64,000 bases of DNA from Perna viridis (lineage: Eukaryota): positions 38,446,862-38,510,861 of the forward strand of contig CM074511.1 of NCBI GenBank assembly GCA_037379345.1, read 5' to 3'. The notes under the pieces were generated by a model. It was not told where the DNA came from and made no database searches. It saw nothing but the letters and a program-made list of their open reading frames with translations. Position numbers and translations under genes: made by a program. This document shows positions 40,259 to 54,100 of the stretch, piece after piece (positions within the stretch are counted from its first letter, which is position 1; every line of letters starts with the position of its first letter).

Positions 40259-40963
40259 ATGTAGCAGATTTCAGACTGGCTCCTAATTTTGGCACTTTCT
40301 TGTTATTTCCGTATTTTAATGGAAAGAAAGTGTTACATGGTCTGATTGTTGCTTAAATTCAGTCATCAGCACAATGCTTTCAGTTCAAACTGAACAGAGT
40401 TGATCCATTCTATTCGCTTCATGGATGAAGTAACCTACAAACCAGATCAAGTCAGCGGAAAGAAGTGAAATGTTGAAGTTAAGACCTATGATTTTGATTT
40501 AGGCAAATTATTTTTGCAAAGTGAAGTTATACTTCCAATATTATACACAACCAAACACATTAGCATTTAAGTGGTTGATGAAAAAATATTTATTAGAGTT
40601 CCACACTTTTACCAGTAAATTTGAGACGGTGTTATAACAAAAGAATTGTTTTAAAATTACTCCAAATATTTTTGTGCCGTTCAATTTGTTTTGCACTGAT
40701 CTGCATGTAGAGACTTTTATGAAGTCATATATTTGTATAACAATTTTAATTATGTTTTAATACTACATGTATTTTTGTGTTTCTTATGGCATTTGAGATT
40801 TAGTTTGTGTTAAATTCTAATATGATGGACTTCAAAGCTCTTTAGATCACAGCCATGTTAAAAAAAGGGATAAACACATGACCAATATTTCATGCAACAC
40901 ACTGACTGCATCTAATAAAAAATATGAAGAAACTAGTCATATAGGAATAGAAATATATTTTTA

Positions 40964-41076
40964 TTATTATTGTTTTACCATGGGCTGGCCATTTATGTTG
41001 TTATGTTAACCCCTTGCTATCACTCAGGGTAAAACAATGTGACATAAATGGCAAGCCCGTGGTAAAACAATGATAA
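40964..41076. repeat. ~113-bp imperfect palindrome (fold-back MITE) downstream of the NRBP1 stop
   Basis: ttattattgttttaccatgggctggccatttatgt pairs with acataaatggcaagcccgtggtaaaacaatgataa. Confidence 0.85.
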
Positions 41077-41810
41077 AATGGAATTTCTGTGATTTATTAA
41101 TAGATTAAGCAGATCATGTGTATTTTAGGTATTTAGCTGTTTTTATGTACCAACAAAACAAAAGTACCGGTAAAACAAACACTAGCAATTTCCATTACAT
41201 ATCCTTCTCATGCATGTTTTTTTTCTAATTTCTAATTAAGTAGAAATAAGATTATTTTATTCTGGATTTTAGCACTGCAATGTTTTTTTAGTTGTTCTTT
41301 ACTTTTGTTTACACCAACCTTATTACACTGAACTAAAGCCCAAAACAAAATATCTGTACTAAAACATAAATAGAATTACTTTTTGTTATTAATGTTAACT
41401 TAGTAACTAAAACATTAAAAATTAATAGAAATATCTGTAATGATTCATGAAAAATTCAAGCAAAAGAAATGGATTCCTTAATTTGGATAATTTATAAATC
41501 AAAAATCTCTTTCCCAAAACAGCTAGAATCTCACCATTAATTCTTTTGTGAGGTAACAAAGATCTTCAGTATTCTCATATGATTATTTTTTTTGTTGCCA
41601 ATAAAATTTCTATGAAATTATACAAGTGCATCTAAAACTAATCTAAAAAATTCCAATGAATTAGTGCAATACTGTAGTTTAGATTATGAAAAAAAGGAAA
41701 ATATATTGTTTTTTTGTTATTGATATTTTTAATTTATTGTTCTATTCTGAAAGTGCTGAGTATTCAAATTGTATATATACATATAGTCTGTGTGAAATAT
41801 TACTTGTTTC

Positions 41811-41886
41811 TTTAACTGTCTATGACTCTCCTGTACCACTTACAACAGTTGACGACTCTCCTGTATCACTTTAACTGTCTATGACT
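41811..41886. repeat. ~29-bp tandem repeat, ~2.5 copies
   Basis: tttaactgtctatgactctcctgtaccac-type unit repeated. Confidence 0.75.
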
Positions 41887-43984
41887 TGACAATTTTTAGA
41901 AAAAAAAAATAAATTGTTCTTATAAAATTATGATTGATCTATCTCTATTGTTTAAATTGAAAATTACAATTTTTTATTCTGAACTAAAACCACACTTATG
42001 GTCTGAAAAAATTGCAATGTATTATACTTAAAATTCATCAAATTATTTATTTTGTTGTGAAGTTAGGCTGAAACACCAATTTTATTTTTCCTTTTTGAGT
42101 AAAACAGAATTAAGTTTTAATGCAGAAATGATTTGAATCAACTTTGAACTGATCTTCGTTGTTTGACTCTTTCTTCTTATTGTGATTCATCATTTAATTT
42201 TAAAGTCCATGCTAAACTGCTTAATACATGTACATGTACCTAAAATGCTGTTATCTTTACTTTCCTTAGATCAATCTTTGACTTCATGTTAATGCTGTGT
42301 GATATGATTGACAGGATAAGATTCTGTGAATTTTGTACAGAGGATAATTTAATAAATGAGAAAAATATGTGACTGAGTCTTATTATGAGAAGGAAAACAG
42401 ATTGGGCTGTCTTTGTAGCTCTTGAAATATCTTTACTTGTACACACATGTATTTAATGAGGGAAGGGTGTTCTCAACATAACTGCCTAAATCAAGAATTT
42501 GTTGTTCTTTCTCTATTCAAGTAATTTTTAAAGAAACCAACCAGAGTTTCTATTAAAAAAAAAAAAACCAGCATTATTTTAAGGGCTGTTCCAGTAAAGC
42601 ATACCAGGGGCCATGGAGGGGGAGGTGCTTTTATTCTTTGTATATGGGTGGGTGTACAGGTCTCTAGACAAATTATAAAGTTAAATACAAAACATTGATA
42701 GAACTTTTATTGGTGCCTCCTTCAGGTACCTCATACCTTTTAATGTAACAGACCAAAGTTAGTTATTATTTATGTACCAATAATTATATTAACTGTGCAT
42801 ATCATTCAAATATGCTAATCTCATTGAAAATTCAGCATAATAAATGTGTCACAAGTCAATAAAACATATTCCTGGAAATTTATGTAGGCCACACCAACAA
42901 TATAAAAACTTGGCTATTTTTATTGGTCACTGTGTATTGCATATTTTCTGTGTTATAAAAATAACTGAAATTGTGTTTGCCATCGTGGATGCTTTGATAC
43001 AGATGACATAAAAAATTAGAACCATAACGAATGTAATTACAGGAATTGAATGTTTCATTTTTGATGTTTATTGGTTGTGTGTTGACCAATTGCATGCTTC
43101 AATGAGAAAAGTGCAAAGGTCAAGGCTTTTACATGCCAATGAAATATCAATATTCTTAAATATAAAGTAAAAAAACATTTCATAATGACTAAATTGAAAT
43201 TTAAAGGTAGGATTGAAATTCTTAAGGAAGAAAATCTTGGACAGGCAATTAAATCTTTAAAGCAGAAAATGAAAAGTAAAGATTGGAGTCAGAAGTTACC
43301 AGAAGAAAAATAAACAAATAAAAAAGTTAAAATATCAACCCCATAAAAATCCAAATGTTGCTCCCTTAAATACCTACCATGTTCATTTAGAGAAGTGGAT
43401 ATGTTTCTGCATTTTGAATATATCTTTAGTGGAAACAAGGATTTATTAACCTTTGATGATGTTACTCAGATAATAGGTGAATTGTGCCTGAATAAACAAT
43501 TTCAGTGATGTCTGTGTGACAAGGGATTCAGCTGTCAGAGGATGGCTAATTACATTTTAATCATGGGGAAAATGATGATGTTGATGTACATAAGCAAAAT
43601 GTTTTCCAATGAATTCAAAAGTGGAAACCATTGCATATAATTTGCATTATTGTCTGAAACACAATTCAAACAAATCATAGTTACCGGTAATTACATTTGT
43701 CATGGAAAATACATTTCTTATCAGTATAATGTCGTGCACATATGGTTTAAACAAAACAATGAATTCAAACTACAAAAATACTTTGGTTTTGCAGAAAATT
43801 ATTTTTTTGGTGTTTCATGTTACAGTGTTTTAAGATTCCTCTTTCCTGTCACCCTAGGCAAGTTATTAAGGCCAGGGAAAGTTATTCTTGAACTATATCG
43901 TTTCCAAATAAAGATTTTTTTACATGAAATTTTAAGCTTGGAAACCCAATTTTGATTGTGGGAAACTGATTTTCATGTTGAACT

Positions 43985-44190
43985 TTTGCTTACCCTACCG
44001 GTACACCTGGTCCATGCTCCCAGTTTTTAATGGAGTCCGAGTTGCTCATTTACTTTTGTTACTTTGTATGTATGGTTTTAGTTACTTTATGTTCTTTGTT
44101 GTATATGTCTGTTTTCCATGTCTGGTCTTTGTCCCTGGATTACATTATTTTGATTACCGCTATAACCTTGGCTCCCTTGATTACTCTTTT
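43985..44190 (+). mobile_element. Short 3'-end fragment of the same Penelope-like family
   Basis: Reverse-complement match to 9010-9190 (cacctggtccatgc..ggagtccgag..ccatgtctggtctttg..ccctggattaca). Confidence 0.7.
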
Positions 44191-45177
44191 GCATTGAAAG
44201 TTAAAATTTTCAAAATTCCTAGAGGACTGTACTACTTTAAATAATTATAAGCTAACAATAATTAAAAATAACATTCTAAATGGATGTATGGCAACTAACA
44301 AAAATGTATAAAACATAAAATCTAAAGCCATCCTTGAATTTCTGAGTTTGGCCAAACAAGACAGGTGGTCAAATGAAATAAGAACTTGAGGTTCACTGGA
44401 TCAATTAATGGAGATCAAGATACTTCGTACAATCTGGGCCAAGTTGTTCAAAACTTAGTCCGCTGGATAAATATTTATCCACTGGATAACTTGCACAGGT
44501 TACACTAGACTTATCCATGTCCTTAATCTTCAATTACTCATCATTTGCAAAATTGGCACTTTCTATCTACTTTTTCTGTATAAGATGAGTCTTTGTAATT
44601 GCTGTGCGATTCTTTATCAACATTTATAAAGTGGTCTTTAACCATCATCATTGTTCTGACAAAAATATAATTTTGAAGAGATGTTTATTTTTGTATTGTC
44701 ACATTGACTGCATTGATCTTTAATTCTTAATATAAATTGTTTTAAATAATGTTCTATTTCAGAATTTCAGAAACCTAAAGTTTTGTTGTAATATATCCTT
44801 AACCAAGGATCCCTCTAAGCTTAATACATGTTCCAAATATTTAACACAAGAAATTAAAATTCTACCTTTCATAGGAATTTGTCCCAGTAATTAAGTATTA
44901 CTGCACAGTTCCTCTGTGGTAAAATTATGTCCACCGATAAATAACTTACATAATATACTTATTTTTTTTATATTTTAACAATTTCATGGATTTTTTTTTC
45001 ATAGCTACCTGCCACTTCGATTTTAAATATGTACCTAGTCTACTGCATAATCTACAGGAACGCAATTACAGTTATACCCGTGACTACATTGCAATATCGA
45101 ACGCTCCTTGTTATATTCTCTTTCGGAAGAGTTCTAGACTTATTCTACCAATCGAACAAAACGACTAAAAGATCGAA

Positions 45178-48100
45178 ATGGCGCAACCAGACGAAGGGAG
45201 TTTCTACATTGAACTTTGTAAAAATCCAATAAGATTCGACCCAGTGGATAAAGTGACCAATGTATTTTACGATGATGCGAACAAACAGGTAAATTATGGT
45301 AATTCAATGGATAATCAATAATGGAAAGGATCACAGACACTGTCACTGACACTGCCACTGCGGCACTGGTCAACATTATTGATATTATGGTCAACACAGA
45401 TCCTGTCCAGTCACTCTGCTGACTGGCATTGCTGTGGCTGTGTATCATGCTTGTGTTTTGACCTGTACCAGCTACTCCAACAAAATTTATGTGGAGAAAA
45501 ACAGCAATTTGGCAATTTTTGAAGAACCAATTTAGAATGATTAAGATTTTGTGGTGCATTTGGCTTGTTATGTGTCGTTTTTAATTTTGAATACATATAC
45601 ACTTACTTTATTCAGAGTTTAAAAATAAAACCATGAATACATAGACATTTTAAATTTTGTGTGAAAAAGCTAATTTCTGTGTTTTTGTATGTAATTATCA
45701 TAACTTAGTCAGTTAGTGGTCAATGTGCAGTAACTCCATATATATATATATATATATATATATAATGAGGAGGAATGACCTGGCCAGCGAAAGCTATATT
45801 TTATATAGCCTAGCTTGCCGAGTGGTCTAGGGCACTGGACTTAGTGCAGTCGGTGTTGCCATAGATGTCACAGCGGTACGAGTTCGAGTCCCTCGGAGGG
45901 AACGACCAAAAATTTGCTTCGCAAATTTGACACTTCTAACATGGTTGGGAATTTTTCAGACCCTTCTATAAGTTTACGTTATCTTCCCTGTATCACTTTG
46001 ATCCGATGCAGCAGTGTAGCGAATAGAGTCATCACATTCTGAGACGTTGTATAATATTGATTTGTTGTGACATGCATCATTAATTTGATCCTCTATCCTA
46101 CATAATAACACCTAGATAAACTGTCCCGTACTACCATAAATCGTGTTCTAAGTTACGGCCCTAGATTAACCTTACAAGGAGGAATGACCTGGCTAGCGAA
46201 AGCTATATTTTATATAGTCTAGCTGGCCGAGTGGTCAAGGGCACTGGACTTAGTGGAGACGGTGTTGCCACAGATGTCACAACGGTAAGAGTTCGAGTCC
46301 CTCGGAGGGAACGACCAAAAATTTGCTTCGCAAATTTGACAGTCCTAACATGGTTGGGAATTTTTCAGACCCTTTTATAAGTTTTACATTATCTTCCCTG
46401 TATCAATTTGATCCGATGGAGCATTGCAGCGAAGAGAGTCGTCGTGATGCAAATTTTTGGTCGTTCCATCGCGGGACTCGAACTTGAACTAACGATGTAT
46501 TAATATATTAATATGTTATATACATGTTCATACACACTCTGTTTATTTAAGGCACTGAAGAAGGTCATTTGTTGACTGAAAATTTTGCTCATTATATATT
46601 TTATTATAGTGTACTAACATCTTTATTGGTATCGTTGTACAATCCTTTAGACTTGTATAATTTTTTTGTTGGTGCTGTATCGTCATGACTTGTCGATCCA
46701 ATACCCATATTAAGTTTGCTGGTTGGCAGATTCCTTTAGACTTTATATATATTTTATACAAAATTTTTTTTTCCATTGGAGTACTTACTTGTACTAGGTA
46801 TATTGTAGTCCAATTGGTTCCTGTTTTTGTAGTTTTTGAGATTTGAGAAGCTTTATTGACAAATACGTGGAGCAAAACTGACTGAGAGTTAACCATGATA
46901 ATATTTCACATCTCTGTCAGTCTCCAACAACCTTTCCATATATTATTACATGCATTGTAATGTTAAAGGTAGTTATATTTAAAGTTGATTTTTGATTGAT
47001 ATAAATATTTACAAGTCTACAATCATATATCATATATGCTCTGGGAAGTTTTAATTTTATGGCCATGGTTGCTGCCTATATACTCTCTTGTAGGATTCGG
47101 TGTCCTCATTGGGCAGATAAATCAGAAAATATGTTGAAAACTGAATCCCAAAAGGGATTAGCTGACTGTATTGATTAAAGAAACCCAAGTGCTTGCTAAA
47201 TGGTCTGAATCTATGTATTTTATTCTTATGGAATCAATTTATTTCAATAACAGGTCTTCACTGTACGCTCCGGTGGTGCAATGGGTGTTGTTGTTAAAGG
47301 ACCAAAGGATATCAACTCCATGACATTCAGGTATATCGTTATAAGAACATATCTAGAACTACTGGCTAGGTTGGGTTTGAGAAAGAAAGAAAAACAGTGA
47401 TTGTAACATAAAATGTTAATTTTTTTTTATGATTTGTGCCTTGATGTAGTTATTCATAAACATTTTTTATCTGTAGACCAAAATATTTATACCATCAGCT
47501 TGAAAAGTGGGATGTATATACTGGCCATGCTGCCCTTCCATTTGTTGTTAGTGCTTAACTCAAATTTACAACTCCTCTCAAGGCCATTGAGCTATTGCCA
47601 TCACTTGGCATCCATCGTCGTCGTCATCATTAAAAATTTTTCAAAACTCTTCTCCTCTGACACTGCTTGACCAATTTGAACCAAACTTGCTATGAATGTT
47701 CCTTTGGGTATCCTTCATAGAACTGTTGTGGGGATTTTTGATCTGTTAAAAACCTGGCCACCGTTACTAAAAATAGAACATGGGGGCCAGACAGTAGCTT
47801 TTCGCATATATCTCCAAAACCGTTAGGTTTAGCTAAATTCTGAAATGGGTAAAAGTGTTCAGCATGATGAGATCTATCTGTGGTCAAATTTTCATTTTAA
47901 TCTGTTAAGCCATGTTTGAGTTGTTGCCCTTTTTCAATATTTTTTGCTATTTTTTATGTTATTTCTTTCAAAAATCTTCTCTTCTGACACTACTCGACCA
48001 ATTGGAAAGAAACTTGGTATGAATGTTCCTTAGGGTATCCTGCATAGAACTGATGTGGAGATTTTTGATCTGTGGAAAAACATGGCTGCCATTACTAAAA

Positions 48101-51100
48101 ATAGAACATATGGATCAGACAGTAGTTTTTTGCATATATATCTGCAAAACTGTTAGATTTAGCCAAATTCTTTCAATAGCTGAATGATCCATATTATTAG
48201 GACTACAAAAGTCTTCAGGGATTAAGGTGTCAGATGATTCCATGTAAGAGTTATTGCCCTTGAAAAGGAAAAAATGACAGGTTTCCTTTTTTTTTTTTTT
48301 TTAGTTTTCAGCTAATATCTTGGAAACTATGTTAGAAATTCCTCTTAAATTTACTGCCCTTGAATGACAGAATTCAAGCAGGTGAGCAATTCAGGCTCCT
48401 GGGAGCCTCTTGTTTTACTCAAACATGGTTTTCAGTGTAAAATCCATACTTATGTAATGTCAATGTTAAGCAATGAATTAGTGTATTGAAATGACTTGTC
48501 ATTACATTTCCAAATGCAGTGTTGAAACACAGTGCCCATAGAGAAATTGCAAGTAAATATTTTTTTTTTCAGAATGGAAAGCAGAGGGGATGTATTATCA
48601 ATTAAGTTCTCCCCAGACAAAAGAATTCTGGGAGTTCAAAGATCACAAAAATCTGTTGTAAGTAAACCTCAAAGTGTTAACCCTCCAGATACTCTGAGAA
48701 CATACCATTTTATCATAATTTAACTGGGTCTGTCCTGTCTGTTCCTCCAAATTTCATTCTATATCTCAAATATACTTTTATGGATTTTAGTTATATTTTT
48801 GTACAATGCATGTCTTCATAGATGAAAGCTTTCTTTGTTAATGTTTAAGAAATAAATCACAGAAACTCATCATTGTTTTACCATGGACTGAACATTTATG
48901 CCACATTATTTTACCCAGAGCAATAGCGAGTATGTCTGTAAGTGATTTTCTAAAACACAACATTTTTTTTTATTAAATTTCAATTTGATGTTCATTCATG
49001 CTACTGAAATAAATGAAAATAGCTGATGCACATTGGAATGTTACATGTGTTTGTTTGCATGATTACGGTGGGCAGTAATTTACAACACACACAAGCCATG
49101 CCCAATAAGTGGCATGCTGCTCATATAGCAATCAAAAATCAACCACAGTTGTGGTCTCAAAGTCTTTTAAGGATGTCTTAGAATATCTTATTAGAAAGCT
49201 TTTGTTTCAGAGCTATTGAACTTTATATGAAACTGGGGGCACAGATCGTGTGCTTTAGTGGAGCTGTTTTTTTTTTTGTAATGTATATTTCTCTGGTCAG
49301 TAACAATGAATTAGTCCATGAAAGTTGTATTGTTTTAATAGGTAAACATTTGTTTGCTTTTCTTCTTTGATGTTCATTAAGTTTGTAATTAATTGTTTTA
49401 AAATATCAATTAACTTTTCCAGGAGTTTATAAATTTTATGCCTGATGGTCAGACAGATCAGTTGGAATACTCACAGACTTGCAAGGTAAATTCCACTGTA
49501 TAAAGGGCTTCAAGTTTGAATAATAACTCATTCAATAATTTCCAAACTGTATAGTGGTATGATTTCTGTGTTAACTTTCATTGAATTACTTCTGGTTAAT
49601 AGATGTGTTAATAAGCCAGAAATATGTGCCATTAACTTATTGTATCCAACTCGCAACTGCTCATGTAAGAGTTGTTTAAGGGGAGATAATCATGAAAAAA
49701 GTTTGTAAACATAGCACCTTTTGACATCATTTTATGATATCTTAGTTCCTGATGAAGTAATATCCTCTCAATGTACCAAATGTCTTTCTTCTAGGGAAGA
49801 TCTACTGTTATAAGTGGTTTTGTTTGGACATCAACAAATGAGATATGCTTCATAACTGACCATGGCATAGAATTTTATCAGGTATTGTTTGTGTATTTGT
49901 GCTCACCTTAACCAAACGTTCTCAAAAGAGTTTTTTTTTATTCTTGTATAAAGTTATTTCAGAAAAGCACATAGCTGTTATGAAAATAGCTGGCATAAAT
50001 TTTTCTGATAAAAATGTATAAAAAATAGTTGTCAAATTTATAGACTGAAATGTAGTTAATTGCCCTGCAAATGCAAATTTGATTTGACATCTTTTTTTAG
50101 CTCACCTGGCCAAAGGCCAAGTGAGCAATTGCTATCACTTGGCATCTGTCGTCGTCATTAACAATTTTTCAAAACTCTTCTCCTCTGACACCACTTGACC
50201 AATTGGAACCAAACTTGGTATGAATGTTCCTTGGGGTATCCTGCATAGAACACATGTGGGGATTTTTGATTCGTTGAAAACCGTGGCCACTGTTACTAAA
50301 TATAGACCAGTAGTTTTTTGCATATATCTCCAAAACCGTTAGGTTTAGTCAAATTCTGACGTGAGTGAAAGTGTTCAGCATGATGAGATCTATCTGTGGT
50401 CAAATTTTCATTTTAATCTGTGAAGAGTTATTGTCCTTGAAAGATGTAAAATGCATTTTTTTTTTTACAGTTTTCAGCCAATATCTTGAAAACTATACTA
50501 GATAGAAAGAAACTTTCAATCGCTGAAATGATCCTTAAGATAGTCCTACTAAAGTCTTGTTGACAGATGAGCGATTCAGGCTCCTGTGAGCCTCTAGTTT
50601 TTTTTATTAACAGAATATTCTAAAATAGTCAACTTAAACACAAATCACTTCATTGTCATTTAGGCTTTTTTTTTAATTTAAGTAATTTGCAAATGTTAAT
50701 GCATCACATTCTGTTTCATAGATAACACCTGAAAGAAGAACTTTAAAATGCCTAAAGACTATAAATACTGGAGTTGTTTGGCATAAATGGCTTGTAAGTT
50801 GTACTCATAAGTTAAAAGCATTTAGTTTACTGTTGTTGAATTGAGCAAAAAATAATGGTCTAAAGCAAAAGGTGACCTGATTTCAAATAAAATGTTGTTG
50901 AACCTAAGTGTGTGCATGCAGCATAGAGGGATATTGAAGGTTAAATGGATTTTAATTTGATTGGTTAATTATCAAATGTCGTTATTTTACTTTTTACTTT
51001 TAATTTGATTTTTTAACCTTTTGTTGCCTGGGCCTTTCAGAGCTTACTTTAAGGTGTGTTGAAGACCTTTTGGCGATCTGTGAACATATTTATTATTTTG

Positions 51101-54100
51101 TATTAAGGTTATATACCGGTTTATTTGTTGTGTTCCTTTTTTCTATTCTGTAAAAGAGTAAATCACGGAAAATTGCACTGAAGGGAAAATTTTTCGTAGT
51201 TTATTTTAAAATTTTGCTGTACTACAATTATCTCTTGTTTATATTGCAGGCAGATAGTAGTCTGCTACTTGTAGCTTCAGGGAATCTCAGCAATACTTTA
51301 AATCCATTTTACTTCAGAGTAAGTTCTTCTACTCATAAGCCATAAAATCTTTATTAGATTACAACTGAAAATGTTCCATTAGAATCTGAATTTTTTTTCA
51401 AATATATTTTTAGAATCTGGATGCATTAGAAATAATATTCACTGTTAAATTTTTTTAATCCTATCATTAAGGTTGTGTCACACACGCTGATTACAGCGCT
51501 ATCCAAAAATCCTGGGGGAGAACTCTTATTGTTACAACATAACTTAATGTGTGTTATTTGTGTACTTTAGGTGTGGTCTTGAAAATATGTCTTCATAACA
51601 AAGTGAGGATGATTCTTTTATTGGTTTAAATTTCATGTTTTCTAGATAAACCTGTTTGATAAGGCCAACTGAAAGTATTTTCTTGGTTCTGTAGCCCTCC
51701 CTAATTTCATTTAAGGGTGCCTCATTAAAATATGTATCACGATTTGGATAAAGTAACACAAAAACTTTCCTCAATCTCTTCTTCTTGCTACAATGAGCAA
51801 TACAAAAACCACCTTTATCACTATTTTTAGGGGGTGGTTGGGTATTAAGAAGGCAGAGAGAAATGTTCCCTCCTTCATAGGTTTTCATAAAAATGACCGT
51901 AGAGCAAAAAAAAAAAAAAAAAAAAAATTTTGAATGACTATAAAACTCTCCAACTCTGACTTGAGGTAAACTATCATGTGTATGGTGTTTTATTTTCAGC
52001 TACAACTTCTATGGAATATAGATCTAGTTTAAATCAGTTTATTTAAACCTATGCTGAAAATTTATATGAAAAAAAATACTCTCACTCAGTCTTAGGGAAT
52101 TGTTCAAAATTGTTTTATTATTTCAGGCTGGATCTGTTATAAAACTTCCAAAGTTTGAAGTTGATTTACCAGTGGTACCAAAACAAACAAAAACATCTTT
52201 AATGGAAAGAGATGTTTCTATGGCAACAATGTAGGTGACTGTTTTGTATGTTTTTCATTGATTTATTTTTGTAAACAATAATTTCTGCAGCAGTTTAATT
52301 TTTGCTGTTTCTGCATTAAGACCTCAAATGTGAAAATTAAACAAATGTAATTTGATTTGAGAAACAACCATTCGAAACTGTGTGAAAATTGTTTGAGTGC
52401 CAAATCCACAACAAACAAAAAATGGCAAAATGTTCCTTGTTTACAGTAGATAGACCTCAGGCAACAGGAAGATTTATCTGTTTTACTTTCTTTTCTTTAT
52501 ATAGATATAACCAACTGTTCATTGTAATTCTAAGGCACCAACCAAGGCCAGGGTCACAGGGTGCTGAAATAGTCTTATATCAGATATCAAGGTGATAATG
52601 CTTGTTGGTATACATTTGTACCCTATTAGTATTATTTGGATTTTATTGTATAAAAAGACACACACACACACACACACACACTCACACACACACAAACCCA
52701 ATTTACTTCAAACATAATAAGTGAACTTCCTGTATGGAGAATTCACTAGATTTAAAAATCTTTCTTTAGTTTTTTTATTGTTTAAATTATATACCGGTAG
52801 TACGAAGTATAGAAACTGAAAGTACAAAAAATGATATTATTTTCGTAAAACTGTTTCTATATGGTAATCAAATAAGTCTAAATATTCATGTTTCAGGTGA
52901 AAAAATACATGTAATTCTGAGATTATTTTGACTTTTGGAAAATTTTCTGCAGCACAGTGTTGTACTGAGTATATAAAGTAGTAGTTGATTTTACATGAAT
53001 GGGAAATTTTCCTGAACCCACGAAAACCACGAAAATTGGAACCTCTAAGGATATGTTCTAAGATATGATGGCACAATGTCATTTTCTGTTATGACTTCAA
53101 TACTTACGACCTTTTTGTTAAATTGAGTCCTGATCTCCAATCAAAATTTCTTCTGATGAGAACACAATAGGTACTAAGTTGATTTTTTATTTAATTAGGG
53201 ATGCCCCAGCACGGAAAACAGATGTGTTAAGATTGGATATGAGTGGAAGATTTGCTATTAATATCGTAGATAATTTAATTGTGGTTCATCATCAAGCATC
53301 AAAGGTAAATCTTATTGTATGTTGTTTGAAGGAATTTATTATATGAATAGCAGCCATTTATCGAATGTGTCCTGTGTAAAAAATATTGATAATTCACACT
53401 GTGAAATAAATTTCGTAATTTCACCCGCAGGTTTTCTCCCCCAATACGTCACAACACCAGTAACAATCCACCAGTCACAAAATTTTTAAAACTGTGTTAA
53501 AAATATCAATAAATTACAGAGATCATCCATATAAGTAGGAGAATTTCCACTTTGTTATCCTATTGAGAATACTGATTCTTATTCTTCACATTGAATGTGA
53601 CTTAAAAATGGCTGCATATAGGAGATAGAGTGATGTCTTGTTGGATTGGAGGCAGAATAATGTGTTCGAGTGGAGTGAAGTGCCTCCCTAAGGGTTGTTA
53701 CATGTGTGAGTTTGCACAATATAAACCTGGCTCAGCATGTCGAACTAATACAAGCAGGGTCTGTTTGATTGGTTGAACATTTTTGTCCTGAAATGCATAA
53801 AATATCTGCCAAAGGACATTAAACTCCAATCAATCAATCAATTTACTGGTACTAAATGCATGGGATTTTACACCGTATTTCCTTACATGTATGATAATAA
53901 TACATTGTTTCTTTTACAGACCTCAGTGATATTTGACATCCAGTTGGAAACAGAAACAGATGGTTTTGCCAAGTATCACTACCCTGTGGTGTCACCATTA
54001 CCATTAAAGCCTGTCAAAATATTACTTCCATGTAGGTATCTATAAATAGGTCAGTAAGTCTCGTTTTAGTTGCATTTTCAAATTGTTACTACCATGTAGT

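Noticed and set aside
45771-45812. Hammerhead at GGAATGA..GAAAGCTATA..TATAGC
   Set aside because: No CUGANGA core and no proper NUH site.
45808-45900. Functional tRNA-Leu/Ser gene
   Set aside because: A- and B-boxes are present, but there is no proper acceptor stem or anticodon arm and it lies in a tandem repeat; treated as a tRNA-derived promoter.
46015-46052. Second hammerhead inside the 409-bp unit (GCGAATA-GAGT..ATTC-TGAGACGTT)
   Set aside because: Both catalytic core strands deviate from consensus; at most a relic, not supportable.
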